A stretch of DNA of 64,000 nucleotides from the NCBI GenBank assembly GCA_036630325.1, contig CP142729.1, forward strand, positions 744,001 through 808,000. The letters run 5' to 3'. This DNA is from Vairimorpha necatrix. Its lineage: Eukaryota. The notes beneath the pieces are model-generated. The model ran no database searches, was not told the DNA's origin, and worked only from the letters and a program-made list of their open reading frames with translations. Positions 13,398-25,807 of the stretch are shown here, piece after piece. Numbering within the stretch: the stretch's first letter is position 1; every line of letters begins with the position of its first letter. The translations under genes were made by a program, and so were the position numbers.

Positions 13398-16300
13398 TGT
13401 TGTGGATTGAATATCCAAAGATATGCTTTATAAATAAATACATTTTACTTGGATATGTTAAATATGGTGAAGATTATGGAAAATGAAGACATCATAAAGT
13501 TTTTAGCAGCTTACCCTACAAATCTTGGTCAAAGACATTAAAGCTAAAATGGAGCGTTTAGAAAGAAAACCAATTTTAAGTCCTTGTCTGATGAAGACAA
13601 AATTGAAAAAATTCTTGACAGGGCAGATTATGGAACTTTCGCGGCACGATGCAAAACGAAAAACAAAAAAAATCAAGAAAATAGTATTTAGTGACTGGAA
13701 AGATCTTATGTTTACAAAATTTGAAAACAAAATATTAAAAAGAGAATTTTTCAAAGAGCACCAAAATAAGGATGAAAAATGTTTTGAATTTTTCAGAAGA
13801 ATGAAAAAATTAGGCGATACGATAATTGAAGATCAGGAATTGATCTTTATGATCAGTTTCCTTGGCTTACGTAAGATGCGCGAATAAATTGGAAAAGCAA
13901 CCGTAAGCTTTTCGGTTAGTAAGCTTGATTTGTATAAAATAGTAAAGAGGCTAGAGGAAATAAGAAATTCAGCCTTATATGGAAAGAATTCAAAAAAATC
14001 TTTGAAAGAAGGAAAATTCAAAAAAAGAGTGAATAATATTGAAAATGTTGACGAAGTAATAAAAGATAATTCCGTATATATCAAAAATAATAAATTTAGA
14101 ACTATTTTGTTACTACTCTAGAGTTAAGTTTCATTACACTTAAAATTTTAAAAAAAGTAAAAGAGAGGATAAATAAACTAAAGGAGCCAATCAGTCTATA
14201 TACCTGCTTATTAGAAGAATTTAAAATAAATGATATGTATTGTTAGATTTCAACTACAAACGAAATTTGTACAGAGAAAAATTTTATATATTGTTTAAAA
14301 ACAGACGCAACAGTCATCATAGGAAGAAATTGGATGTCTCAGAGACAATAAAAGGTTGAAAAATCAGATATTGGTAACTATAAGGAAGAAATTAAAATGC
14401 TGTGGGCATAAAAACCAGAAGGTATAAAGGATTTCGAATGTAAAATTATGACTGAAAAAGGAAAAAAGGTTCTCGTAAGTACATATAGAATTTCACAAGC
14501 TTGGGAAAGAAAGTAAAAGTGGAAATAGAAAGGTTGTTAATAAACAACTATATTAGAGCATCTAAATCGACGTGGTTGAATAACGTGAGACCATGGAGAA
14601 AAAAGATGGAAGCGTCAGATTAACTATTAATTTAATTAAACTTAATAACATAGTGGAACTAGATAGTTATACGTTACCTAGAATAGAAGAATTGATTTAT
14701 TGCTTAGGTAAAAGCAAATACTTTTCTAAAATCGATCTTAAAGAAGCTTTTTTCAGGCAAACCTACGTGAAGCTTACAGAGAAAAAACAGCATTTAGAAT
14801 TAAAAATGAAACATACGAATATTTAGGAATGCCAATGAGTTGTAAGAATTCGCCGACAATGTTTCAAACAGTTATCGATAAAGTTTTAAACGAAGAAATT
14901 GGTAAGACATGCTTGGCATATGTCGATGATGTTTTGATTTTTACAGAAACTATCGAAGAACATAACAAAGCTTTAGCCAAAGTATGCTATTTGCTTAAAA
15001 AACAGGATTTTCTGCAAATAAAGATAAAATATCAATTCTAAAAGAAGAAGTTTAATTTTTAGGTCATAAAATTTCACAACATAAATTAAGACCAATAATA
15101 GATAAAACTATGGGAATAAGTAAATACAAAACACCAAAGAATGCGGACGATGTAAAGAAACTTTTAGGAGTTGTTAATTACTATAGAAAAAATATCAGGA
15201 ATTGTGCTGACATCTGTAATCCGCTGGTAATATTGTTCAAGAAAAATCACTATTTTGTGTGGGGAGAAAGCCAAGAATTGGCATTCATGAACTAAAAAAA
15301 TATTGAATATAGAATTATGTATATACCAACCGAACTTATCATCTAATTTTATTTTAACGACAGATGCGTCAAACACTGGACTAGGTGCAATACTTAGTCA
15401 AATTCGTAATATAATAGAAAGGCCAATAGCATTTGCATCAAGACAACTGAGAGATGCTGAATAAATTCTACTAATACCTAGAAAGAAATACTTGCTTCGT
15501 CTCGAGCTATGGAACACTTTAAGTATTAGTTATTTGGTAGGAAATTTACGATTTTTACAGATCACAAGCGCTACAAACCCTCGACCAATAAGGAGAAATT
15601 AAATAATCACGAATCATTAGATGGATAGAAAGTATCCAGATGTATGACTGTGAGATTAAATATAAAAAACCAATTGAATTGGCACACGTTTATGGGTTAT
15701 CACGTCAATACAAAGTGATAAATAATATCAATAGAACTAGTAATGAAGAGATCATAGTAAAAGCTCATGAAAAATTGGTTCATAGAGAAGCCAAAGCCAC
15801 TTACGAGTACTTATGTGAAAGTGAGCCAGATAAAAACATTAGCTTAGTAAAGCAAAAGAAATTATTTAAGAATGTCTAAAGTGCAAAGAATATAACCTTG
15901 TAAGAATAACAGGATATAGACACATTGAAGCTTTTGAACCTGGAGCAAAAGTGGCTTTCGACATTATAGATATAATAGAAAGATCTTACATTTTTACAGC
16001 AATAGATTTCTTTCGAGATACGCTGTAGAAAAAGTATTTAAAAATTAACAAGCAGAAATTTATTAATATTCTTGGAAATAGTTAATAAGAATTTTAATAT
16101 TGAGACATTTAGTTTCGATGCAGCTAAAGAAAATAGTAGCTACTATATAAGAAATTGGATGATAGAAACAAGATTACTTAACACATAACTTCTCCATACC
16201 ATCATTGCTCAAACGGTAGAATAAAACATTTTAATAGAACGATGGACGAAGGCGTAAACAAACAAGAGAAACGATAATATTATCACAACTAGTTGAAAAT

Positions 16301-16751
16301 GTACTTGTTAGTTACAACAAGATTCGCCATTCAGCTAAAAACTTAACACCTAAAGAGGCTTTGAATCTGGAAAACCTAAAACTATTAAAAAATGGACATT
16401 TTGAAAATAGAATTGAGAAGTTCAAGGAAATGTCTAAACAAACTAAATATCTAAAATTATATCTACGTGATTTTGTTTTAATAGTTGATCACATACATAA
16501 ATATAAAGGACTGCCAAAATTTTTAGCTATGGGCGAAGTTGTAGGTATACTAGCTAACGACACATATCTGATTAATAATAAGGTAAAGTCAGTAAAAGAC
16601 ACATAACTCAGTTACGTAAAATTAAAAAAGAGTGGTTTCATCTTTTGAGAGGGGAAGAAGGTACAAATAACTAGTCGCGGGGATGTTGTGGATTAAATAT
16701 CCAAAGATATATTTTATAAATAAATACCCCTTAACTTGGATATGTTTTACA
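13398..16751 (+). mobile_element. Decayed Ty3/Gypsy retrotransposon with ~66-68-bp LTRs
   Basis: LTRs at about 13398-13464 and 16684-16751; PBS-like TGGTGAAG; RT (YFSKIDLKEAF, YVDDVLIF), RNaseH (LTTDASNTGLGA) and integrase fragments in Gypsy order; flanks TTAAA/ATAAA. Confidence 0.88.
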
Positions 16752-17739
16752 ATAAAAATAAAACCTTTTCTTTTTTATATAAATTCTACCATCGTGCATA
16801 ACAAGTTTCCAATGTAACAGATAGTTTTATAAAGTAAACAAAAATAGATCCACAATATTAAGCATACATGAATATATTGGTGAATATTCACTATATACAA
16901 ATTATTATTCATCAATTTTATTGTTATTAAATTCAACGCGCAATGTTTGAACAATTATGTCTTGTGTTAAATATTTGCAATTTTTTAATTTGATAATAAA
17001 ATCTTGCATTATAATATTTAATAGACAAAATTCTGGAAAATAACAAATAAATGCATAATGTTGCTTTGTTTAACTCAATGATTGGAAACATGTATTTACT
17101 TTTAAAGTAGTTTTTTATATAAAAACAATTGATACAAAATCGCTTTGGTTTGGATATTTCTTTGGGTATTTTTTTATCCGGATAATTGTAGTTTTGCTTT
17201 CCTTTCTAACTTTCTAATTCTTATTATTATGTACTTTGAAGCAAAAAATGATGTTTTTATTCTTATTGAGATCAAAAGATTATATGTACGTGTTTATTTT
17301 TTCAACAATAAATATTATCTATTCTTTCAGAAATTTTATAATCATCATGCCATTCTCTAGATATGACGTCTTGTATAATTGTATCAGATTTATAAAATGA
17401 CCAAATTTATTCGATAATGCCTTAGTTATCTTAGATTAAATTATTTAATATGCTGTAAGTTATCAAGAATTGTTATTTACAACCTTTTTTTAAATAACAT
17501 ATTACACGTGTTTACATGCCATTTTGAACATCTATATTGTGTGTCTATAGTTGTTAATCTAGAAAATAAATTTGTATTCTTGTCCTCATACTCAATATTG
17601 TGGTTTTTATTTCGTAATTTAAATGACTTATTTATTTGAACCCCGTTTCAAATGAATTATACATGCAGTTTTTGTTGTTAAAATGTTTTTAATCAAATAA
17701 CACATGTTAGTTTGGAATTTTAATTTGCAAAAATATATA

Positions 17740-17918
17740 TATGATATACAATAAATCATAAAATATATTCTAAAAGCTTTCCATCCGCATTTATCCAAAT
17801 TTTCTCCAACATTGGTTTGAATATCTCACCCAAAGAGGGGTACGGAGTAGTGGAAAGAAAAAATAAAATTGCTAAAAAAAAAATATTTTAAATGTTCTCC
17901 TTAGTGGTGTATACCACA
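17740..17918 (+). mobile_element. Solo LTR, family C
   Basis: Homologous to 5190-5367; flanks ATATA/ATATG. Confidence 0.75.
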
Positions 17919-19309
17919 ATATGTACATTAATAATGTAACGCTAGTTTTTACCCCGATCGTGTATGACATATTTATAGTTGTAATTTGACGACTACGTAC
18001 AATTTCTAAATAGTTTATTATTCACGTTAGTACACTAGCCTTAAATTAGTTTAAAGCTTTAGTAACGTTGTTTGAAACTTAAAGTTTTAAGGGTTGTTTG
18101 TTTTCAGAAAAAATATGCTTTCTACATAATTTTTTTGTTATTTATTACATTATGTATTTATTACATGCTTATTATATTTATTATTATGATCAATTATGTG
18201 ACTCATGTTTTAAATAAGACGACGAGGCCTCTAATTATAATCTGGTAATGATGTATATGAGAAGCATAAGAAATGATATAACGTAATGTTAATTTCCCCA
18301 TCTACGTTCTTGGAGGCATCACAATAGGTGCAAATAACTACATAAAAAATATTTTATTACTTTCAATTTTATTTGAAAAAAAAAGAAACATAATGAAGCC
18401 TTAATTTTTGATGATAAACACCATGTTTCTGTTCAACATTTATTAAAAATACTTAATGTACCGAAGAATTATTTTTAAATGTATTAAAATATAATTTCTA
18501 TTCTAGTGTATAAAATATGAAGTAAACCAATAAGCAATTAAAAATCAGAACAAGAACAAATTAAATTGTAAATCTAACGATTTGTCCAGTAATAATGTTA
18601 TCTTTTAAGAACATACATTGAATACCAATAAGGTTACTATGGAAAACAGAAAATACTCACGGAAGTACTTTTATATTTAAGTAGTTATATTTTCATATAA
18701 AAGGTATGACTATTTCAATCTTACAAATATGAACGAATATCATACTATGAAAAGTACAAAGAAAATATAAAATATTTTACAAAAAAATTTCTTCTATCAT
18801 TAAAAACCATCAGTCCAAATTTTCTAGCAAAATAATTTTTGATCTTAATAGTTGTTTGATCGTTTTATATATTTTTTTGATGTTCATTTGTTTTTTATCA
18901 TCATTTAATTAAAAGGATAGAATTAAAAATACAATACTATAAAAAATATGTACATTCCTTCCTTTTCTATATCAAAGATTATATTTGTTTCGGTTACAAT
19001 TATAAACATAATTAGTGCATATGTTCTATTAAGTTATACATTTCTACCAATTTATATTTCTGTGGCTATTTCATTGATTGTTTTCGCGTGTTAAATTCCA
19101 ATTTTTATAATTATTTATCAACATTTTGATAGAAAACTAGTATTTTGGGCATTTATTTGTAGAGTCTTAAGTATCTTATATAGATGTTTAATACTAATAT
19201 TAATATTTTTCAATTTTTTTACCAATATTGTTGGTGGTTTTCGTAATAATATTGTATTTAAAATTGTATTGACCATTAATATTTTTTTGCTAGGGATTTT
19301 TCATTTTAG

Positions 19310-20650
19310 ATGTTACGATACCATCAGATTTGAATTACTTGAGAAATCAAGAAAAATTAGGGGCGTTTAAAACAAAATTTTCTCTTATGTAAATAAACAC
19401 GAAATTTCAATACATATCCATGAAATTGATTATAATGTGAAATCTGAAAAAATTACATTTCTGACAATAATATAAATAAACATTGGCGAAACATATGAAC
19501 GTTAGTATACATGTGTTTTAACAATGTAATAAATAATAATTGTACTAAATAAAATAGTAGTAATTAATTGTAACATTTACAAAAATAAATGAAAATGGAA
19601 ATTTCATGGCGTAAAGATGCTTATTTAGGGGTTTAAATGGAGACAAATGGACCTTTTGTATCATAACATATTTAATAATGTCAGTGGATTTCTGCGTATA
19701 AACTTTTATTTGGAATAAAAATTATTTATTGTTGAATAAGTGTTTTAGAACGGAAAAACAGACAGAAAGTCTCTCGAATAAACAAATGATGTTATAAATT
19801 TACAAACATCGTTTAATCTTACGTTAAAAAGTTACTTACTACATCACTAGGCTTGTATTAAATAGCATTAATAATCGAACAAAAAGAATAAAATAGTTTA
19901 AATCTATATTGTGTGCAAAGTTAGCCAATGTTCCTTAGCTGATTTATAAAACAAATTTATTTACTGATTGTTTTGCTCCAAGGTCTATATGTCGAAATAG
20001 ATTGAAAAACCAACATTTAATTTTCATTTTTTATAAAAAATGAAGAGAAAAGTATAAGTTTTATTATCATTTTCCGCAATTACAAAGATGTTCGATTCTG
20101 ATACTAATCATTTAAACTATATTCACATTACTTTTTTTTAGAGGGGTTCAACGATTTTACAGTATTTTATTGTCATTTACGCTTTCTTGTGACAACATAT
20201 AAAAACAAAAATCCAAATGTTGGAATTTTTATCGCAGACATATGCTTGCAACACAAAGTATAAAAATGTACATTTTATAAATGTTTTATTTTTCTGCAAC
20301 ATGTATATTTCTGAAATTCCTTAAAATGTTTTTTTTCCTTCGAATAATGCTTTACTTAAATAATAACACTTGTTTTTGTTAGCATTAATTGAGATAATAT
20401 AGGCATTTGCTTCAAAAGAATTGGTTATTATAAATATTCGGAGCTATATAAATATGTTAAAAACGCATATGACTTTAACATCATTTGAAGGGCTAAATAT
20501 AACATTTCAAATGCTCAATCTGGAACAAGAAATATATTTAAATGAATTTATGGTAAAAGGAATTAAAGAGATTTTAAATTGTCTACTGTACTGTATTAAT
20601 CAATATTATAACCAGAAAGATTAGAGTATTTTATATGACATCTATGTAGT
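19310..20650 (+). pseudogene. Probable decayed leucine-rich-repeat gene
   Basis: Frame-broken pieces TIPSDLNYLRNQEKL and NLKKLH/ISDNNI fit the LRR consensus; extent uncertain. Confidence 0.4.
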
Positions 20651-20940
20651 TTACATAAAATAGGCTTAGTCATTGCGTAAAATAGTGATTAAGATGAAAT
20701 TAGTAGATGGAGTAAAACTTGAAACTATTCGACGTTATAACTTATTAAAATATTTGGGGTAAGATTTATTACAATGATGCAAAAATACTTTATGGAGGCA
20801 TACTTTTTTAAAAAATTACAAAATAATATGTATTTTATTTTCATAATGACCAAGATAATGAGGATGTCTTTGCTAAATAGATATCGGGAAAATTGTGAGA
20901 TCAATTGACAATAATAAAACAAAAAAATTCCTTAATTTAT

Positions 20941-21118
20941 AATGATATACTAAATATCATAAAAATATTTCTATAATCTTTCCCTCCAAATTCGCCAAGT
21001 TTTCCCTCCAACATTTATTTAAGTATTTTACCCAGAGAGGAGTACGGAGGAATGGAAAGAAGATAAAATTAATAATAAAAACTTTCTACTTACTTTCCTC
21101 AGTTGTGAATGCTCCATA
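20941..21118 (+). mobile_element. Degenerate solo LTR, family C, followed by a (TA)n/TACA microsatellite (about 21116-21152)
   Basis: Shares TTTCCCTCCAAATT...GAGAGG.GTACGGAG..ATGGAAAGAAGA with 5190-5367. Confidence 0.7.
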
Positions 21119-22476
21119 TATACATATATATACATATATATATATATATATAAACTGCCAACAGGTGGGGAAAAAATATGTTTTTTTCAAACTAGCTAAA
21201 AGCGTATTCTAAAGACAATTGCTAATAGTAATATATAAATTAGAAAAGGTTGGAATTCTGTTTACATTATGATTTGTGAGATAGTCAATTGTTTATCTCT
21301 GCACACCACACTTATAAAAATATCTAAAACTTAATAAATTGGCATTTCATAGCCAATATAAAGTGGGATTATTTTAAATCGCAAACATTCAACTCCGTGT
21401 ATATTTTTTATGACTAATACTGCTAAGACGTTTCATTATCATTAATTTATGAACATAATGCTCTTTTACTATTAAATTAATTTATATATAAAAGCACAAA
21501 ACAGTTTTTAAGATATAATCCACAGACAATGACATAATGTTAAGATGATACATTTAATGCTAATAAATTATGTTTGAATCTTGTTTTGTTTTATACAATA
21601 ACAACTATTTTGTAATTGCTTCAATATCAAAGTCAACGAAGAACTTACATATAAAAAGACCGTTGATATGACACTCGTTGCTTTTCCATAGATTTATATT
21701 TTGTAATTAATTAATGCAAATAAATAATCTAAGTTTACAAAGGCGTAACATAGTGGCTATAAATTTTCTTAAAAAAGTATATTATAGATATAATTAATAA
21801 AAAGTTTTCATAAGTTTTGTTTGGGGCTATGATGATTGACATACAAAACAAATACTACAAATTTTAGAGGTTGTAGCTAAATTATGATTTATTGAACTAG
21901 TATATGATAAAATAGAAGCCATAAAAACTTATTACTAAAAAATTTTAAAAGGGATAGACAATTATATTTTATGTAAACTGAACGATATTTTGTGAAAAAC
22001 TCAAAACCAATATGATTATTTGGAATTGATAAAATACTTACTAAATACACTATATATTTAAATATCAACATCTTCTATAAAAAAATAAATGATTATATAT
22101 ATTGTTACATTATAAAGACTAAAACAAAAACTAATATTTAACATAGATTAACACAAAAAAACAGAATTAGTATGCGCTTTCATATAATGATGAATTACAC
22201 AAGCGGGATGTTCCTATTTATTCTAGTTTCTTGACATCAATATAAGAAATTATACTTTTTTTTGTATAGTATTTCTATTTAGTTCAAACATATATAAATA
22301 GACACAAACCTTCATTCTTGGTACATGACCGTTTTGAAGCCTTTTGAAAAATGAACCCGCTTTGAAAATTTAAAAAGGGAAAAATAAAAAAAATTAAATA
22401 AAGACTTGGCATTTTATTTAAGATGATAAAAGATGATGATTTAAAAGTCGATTAAATGGTATTTGATAATTCAGAG

Positions 22477-25400
22477 TGTTGAGATTTAAAAAATTATATT
22501 TTATACCCTTAATTTTAGAATAAATATGTTTATGATGGAGAATATAAAAAACGAAATAAACAAAGACAATATAATAGTAGAAATTAGAAGAGCAGAGGCT
22601 CTGAGTAGTTGGGCAAAAATGACCAATGAGGAGAAGTTAGATTTTTTTATAAGCAGACTTAACTCTCATATTTTAGATTGGCATTGTAGGACTTTTAAAG
22701 ATAAAAAGGAAAGCTGCTTTAACGTTTGAAATCTGGAAAAAAGAAGTGGAACAAGAATTTGAGAATAAAACATTGCTTTTTGACATTTACAATATGAAGC
22801 AAAAGGAAGAACAAAAGATGTTGATTTTATCAAAGATGTAGTTTCTAAATGTAATGAAAATGAAATTTCCAATTTTGACAGAAGAAAAATTATTAGATCA
22901 GGAGTAGATAAAAAGTTAAAAATGATTAAAATTTTTCTTACGACCCAATATGAGATCAACAAAGAATTTTACGAAATATTAAATGAGATGGAGAACGAAG
23001 CATTATTGAATATCAAGTTGGCTGGTTTAAGACTTACTAAACAGAACAACCAAATACATGCTTTAGATGCAGAAAGCCAGGACATTTAGCTAAGGATTGT
23101 AGGGTGAATCGAAATAATAAACAGGCTAATGATGATCGAAGGAATATTAATGAGATTGAAAAGGATAGTCAGGAAGTAGATCAAAGCTTTATTACGAATA
23201 AAAATAATTTTATTTATGTTGGGACTAAAAAAGTCCCCGTGGTTTTTGATTCGGGTGGGGCCTACAACTTTATCTCTCTTCAAGCTGTCTATGATTTAAA
23301 ATTGAAACTCAATAAGAATATGAATGTTTTGAAATTTTTCACATGTCTTGAAGAAGAATTTCTAGTTGAAAACCATGTTATTGTGGAATACAAATATGGT
23401 AATAGAATATTTAAAAGCAGAATGTATGTTTTACCTAAAGTTAAAAATTTTAAAATGTTAATAGGAAAAAATGATATTTGTAAAGTTTTTCGACAACCGA
23501 GCAATAGAATTTGTAGGATCAATACAAAACCAGGAGAGAAGGTAATAGAACACGTTTATAGTTTACCAAAGAAATTAGAGGAAGGAATACAAAACTCAAT
23601 AAATGAGTTATTAAAAAACGGGTATATAAGAAATCAAATTCAACATGGCTAAATAACCTTAGGCCAGTGATCAAACCGGATGGATTCATAAGAGTTACTA
23701 CGAATTTGATAGCGCTCAACAGATTGGTAGATCTAGATAATTATTCCCTCCCCAATATTGAAAGACTTATATTCAGTCCTAGAGACATGAAATATTTTTC
23801 AAAAATTGATTTAAAAGATGGTTTTTTTCAAATTAAATTGGCTGAAAAAGACAAACACAAAACTGCTTTCAGATTTAATCATTTATTATACGAATGGAAC
23901 GTAATGCCCATGAAGTTTAAAAATGCACCAGCCGTTTTTTAAAGGTTTATGGACAACGTCCTTGAAGAAGAAATAGGGAAAAATTGCTTTGTCTATGTTG
24001 ATGACATCCTTATTTTTGGTAGAAATGAAGAAGAACATGATACAAGCTATACAAAGGTTATTAACAAGCTACAAAAATATGAGCTACGAATTAACGAGTT
24101 AAAGACTATACATAAAAAGGAGAACATAGAATTTTTAAGCCATGTTATTGAATATAACAAGATAAAGCCGAAATTTTCGGCTGAACAAGGAATTGAAAAT
24201 ATAGAAAGAACAAATAATAGAAAATCTTGTGAGGAATTTTTAGGATTGATTAATTACTATCGTAAATTTATTCCACAATGTTTAATCATTGCCGGGCCAT
24301 TGTATGATTTACTTAAAAAGGATGTTGTATTTAAGTGGGAAGATGAAGAAGAAAAAGCTTTTAAGAAATTAAAAAGTATATTGAGATCACGCGTGGTTCT
24401 ATCCCAACCCGATTACAAAAAACCTTATATTTTGGAAACAGATGCATGCCAGTCAGGAATAGGAGCTATCCTCTTACAGGATCATGGAAGTGGTCCAGTA
24501 CCAATTGCTTATGCTTCAAGAAGATTGTTACCTGCTGAGATAAACTATGGAATCAGCGAAAAGGAATGTTTAGCGATGTTATGGGGGATGGAACATTTCA
24601 GATATTTCCTCTATGGAAATGAATTTACTGCAGTCACTGATCATAAGGCCCTAGAAGCACTTAATAGGGGAGAGATAAAATCTTTGCGGATCCAACGATG
24701 GTTAGACAAACTTAGTGAATATAATTATTGTGTTGTATATAGAAAAAGAACAAACATTCCACATGTGGATTGCTTATCCAGATCACCAAGACAAGAAATA
24801 TTAGAGATTAAAAATCTAGAATTAGAAATGACTGAGGAAGACAAAAGAAAAATTATCCGTGATAAACACCTAGAACTTGTCCATAGAGGTTATAAAGCAG
24901 TTCAAAATGAACTTAAAAAGAAATACGATTGGAAAGATATGGAAAAATTGACTAAAAACGAGTTAAAGAGGTGTATTCGGTGTAAAATGTATAATCCTAA
25001 AAGAGGGGAAAAAAATTTATTTGTAAAGTCACATGCAATTGGTGAGAAAGTAGCAATAGATATTATTGGTCCAATCAACAACCAATATATCGTGTCTGGG
25101 ATTGATTACTTTAGTCGATTCGGATTTGGAAAGGTACTAAGTTCCAGGGAGAGTAAGAAAATTGTAAAATTTTTAGATATGATAAATCAAAAAATTAAGA
25201 TACATAAACTAATTTTAGATCAATCGAAAGAAAACCTAAGTAAAGAAGTAAGATGTTAGCAGCAAGTAATAATGTCGAATTACATTATACCTCACCATTT
25301 CACTACCAGTCCAATGGAAGAGTGGAAAGATTTAATAGGACAATACAAGAAGGAATATACAAACAAGAGAAAAAAGAAAATCTTAAAATTAAACTTTTAA

Positions 25401-25807
25401 AGGTTTTAGATGTATATAACAATATATATCATAGTAAGTTAGGTATGTCTTCGAATGATGCTTTAAACCCGACCAATTTCCAAAAGGTGAAAGAAAAACA
25501 ATATGAGGAGATACTAAAATTCAATGAAAGAAATATAAACCGAGAAACCGAACCACAATTTTTAGAGGGGGATAGCGTTATTATAAAAACGGAAACAGGT
25601 GTCAAAAAGGGAGAACCCAAATTTAAGGTTAGAGGTTTAATTTATAAAGTTTTAGAAAACAACACATATCTGGTGAGGACAGGAAACAAAACTATTAAGC
25701 GACATTCTTCTCAGCTGAAATTGATAATAGACGAATGTTTTTAAGAGGGGGATGTTGAGATTTAAAAATTATATTTTATACCCTTAATTTTAGAATAAAT
25801 ATGTTTA
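22477..25807 (+). mobile_element. Near-complete Ty3/Gypsy retrotransposon with 55-56-bp LTRs
   Basis: LTRs 22477-22532 and 25753-25807; TSD CAGAG; PPT AAGAGGGGGA; gag, protease (VFDSGGAYNFIS), RT, RNaseH, integrase. Confidence 0.93.
23104..25744 (+). pseudogene. Gypsy pol (PR-RT-RH-IN), split by a few frameshifts and stops
   Basis: FSKIDLKDGFFQI, YVDDILIF, LETDACQSGIGA, HHCC (HLELVH..CIRC), IDIIGP, SNGRVERFNRTI. Confidence 0.92.
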
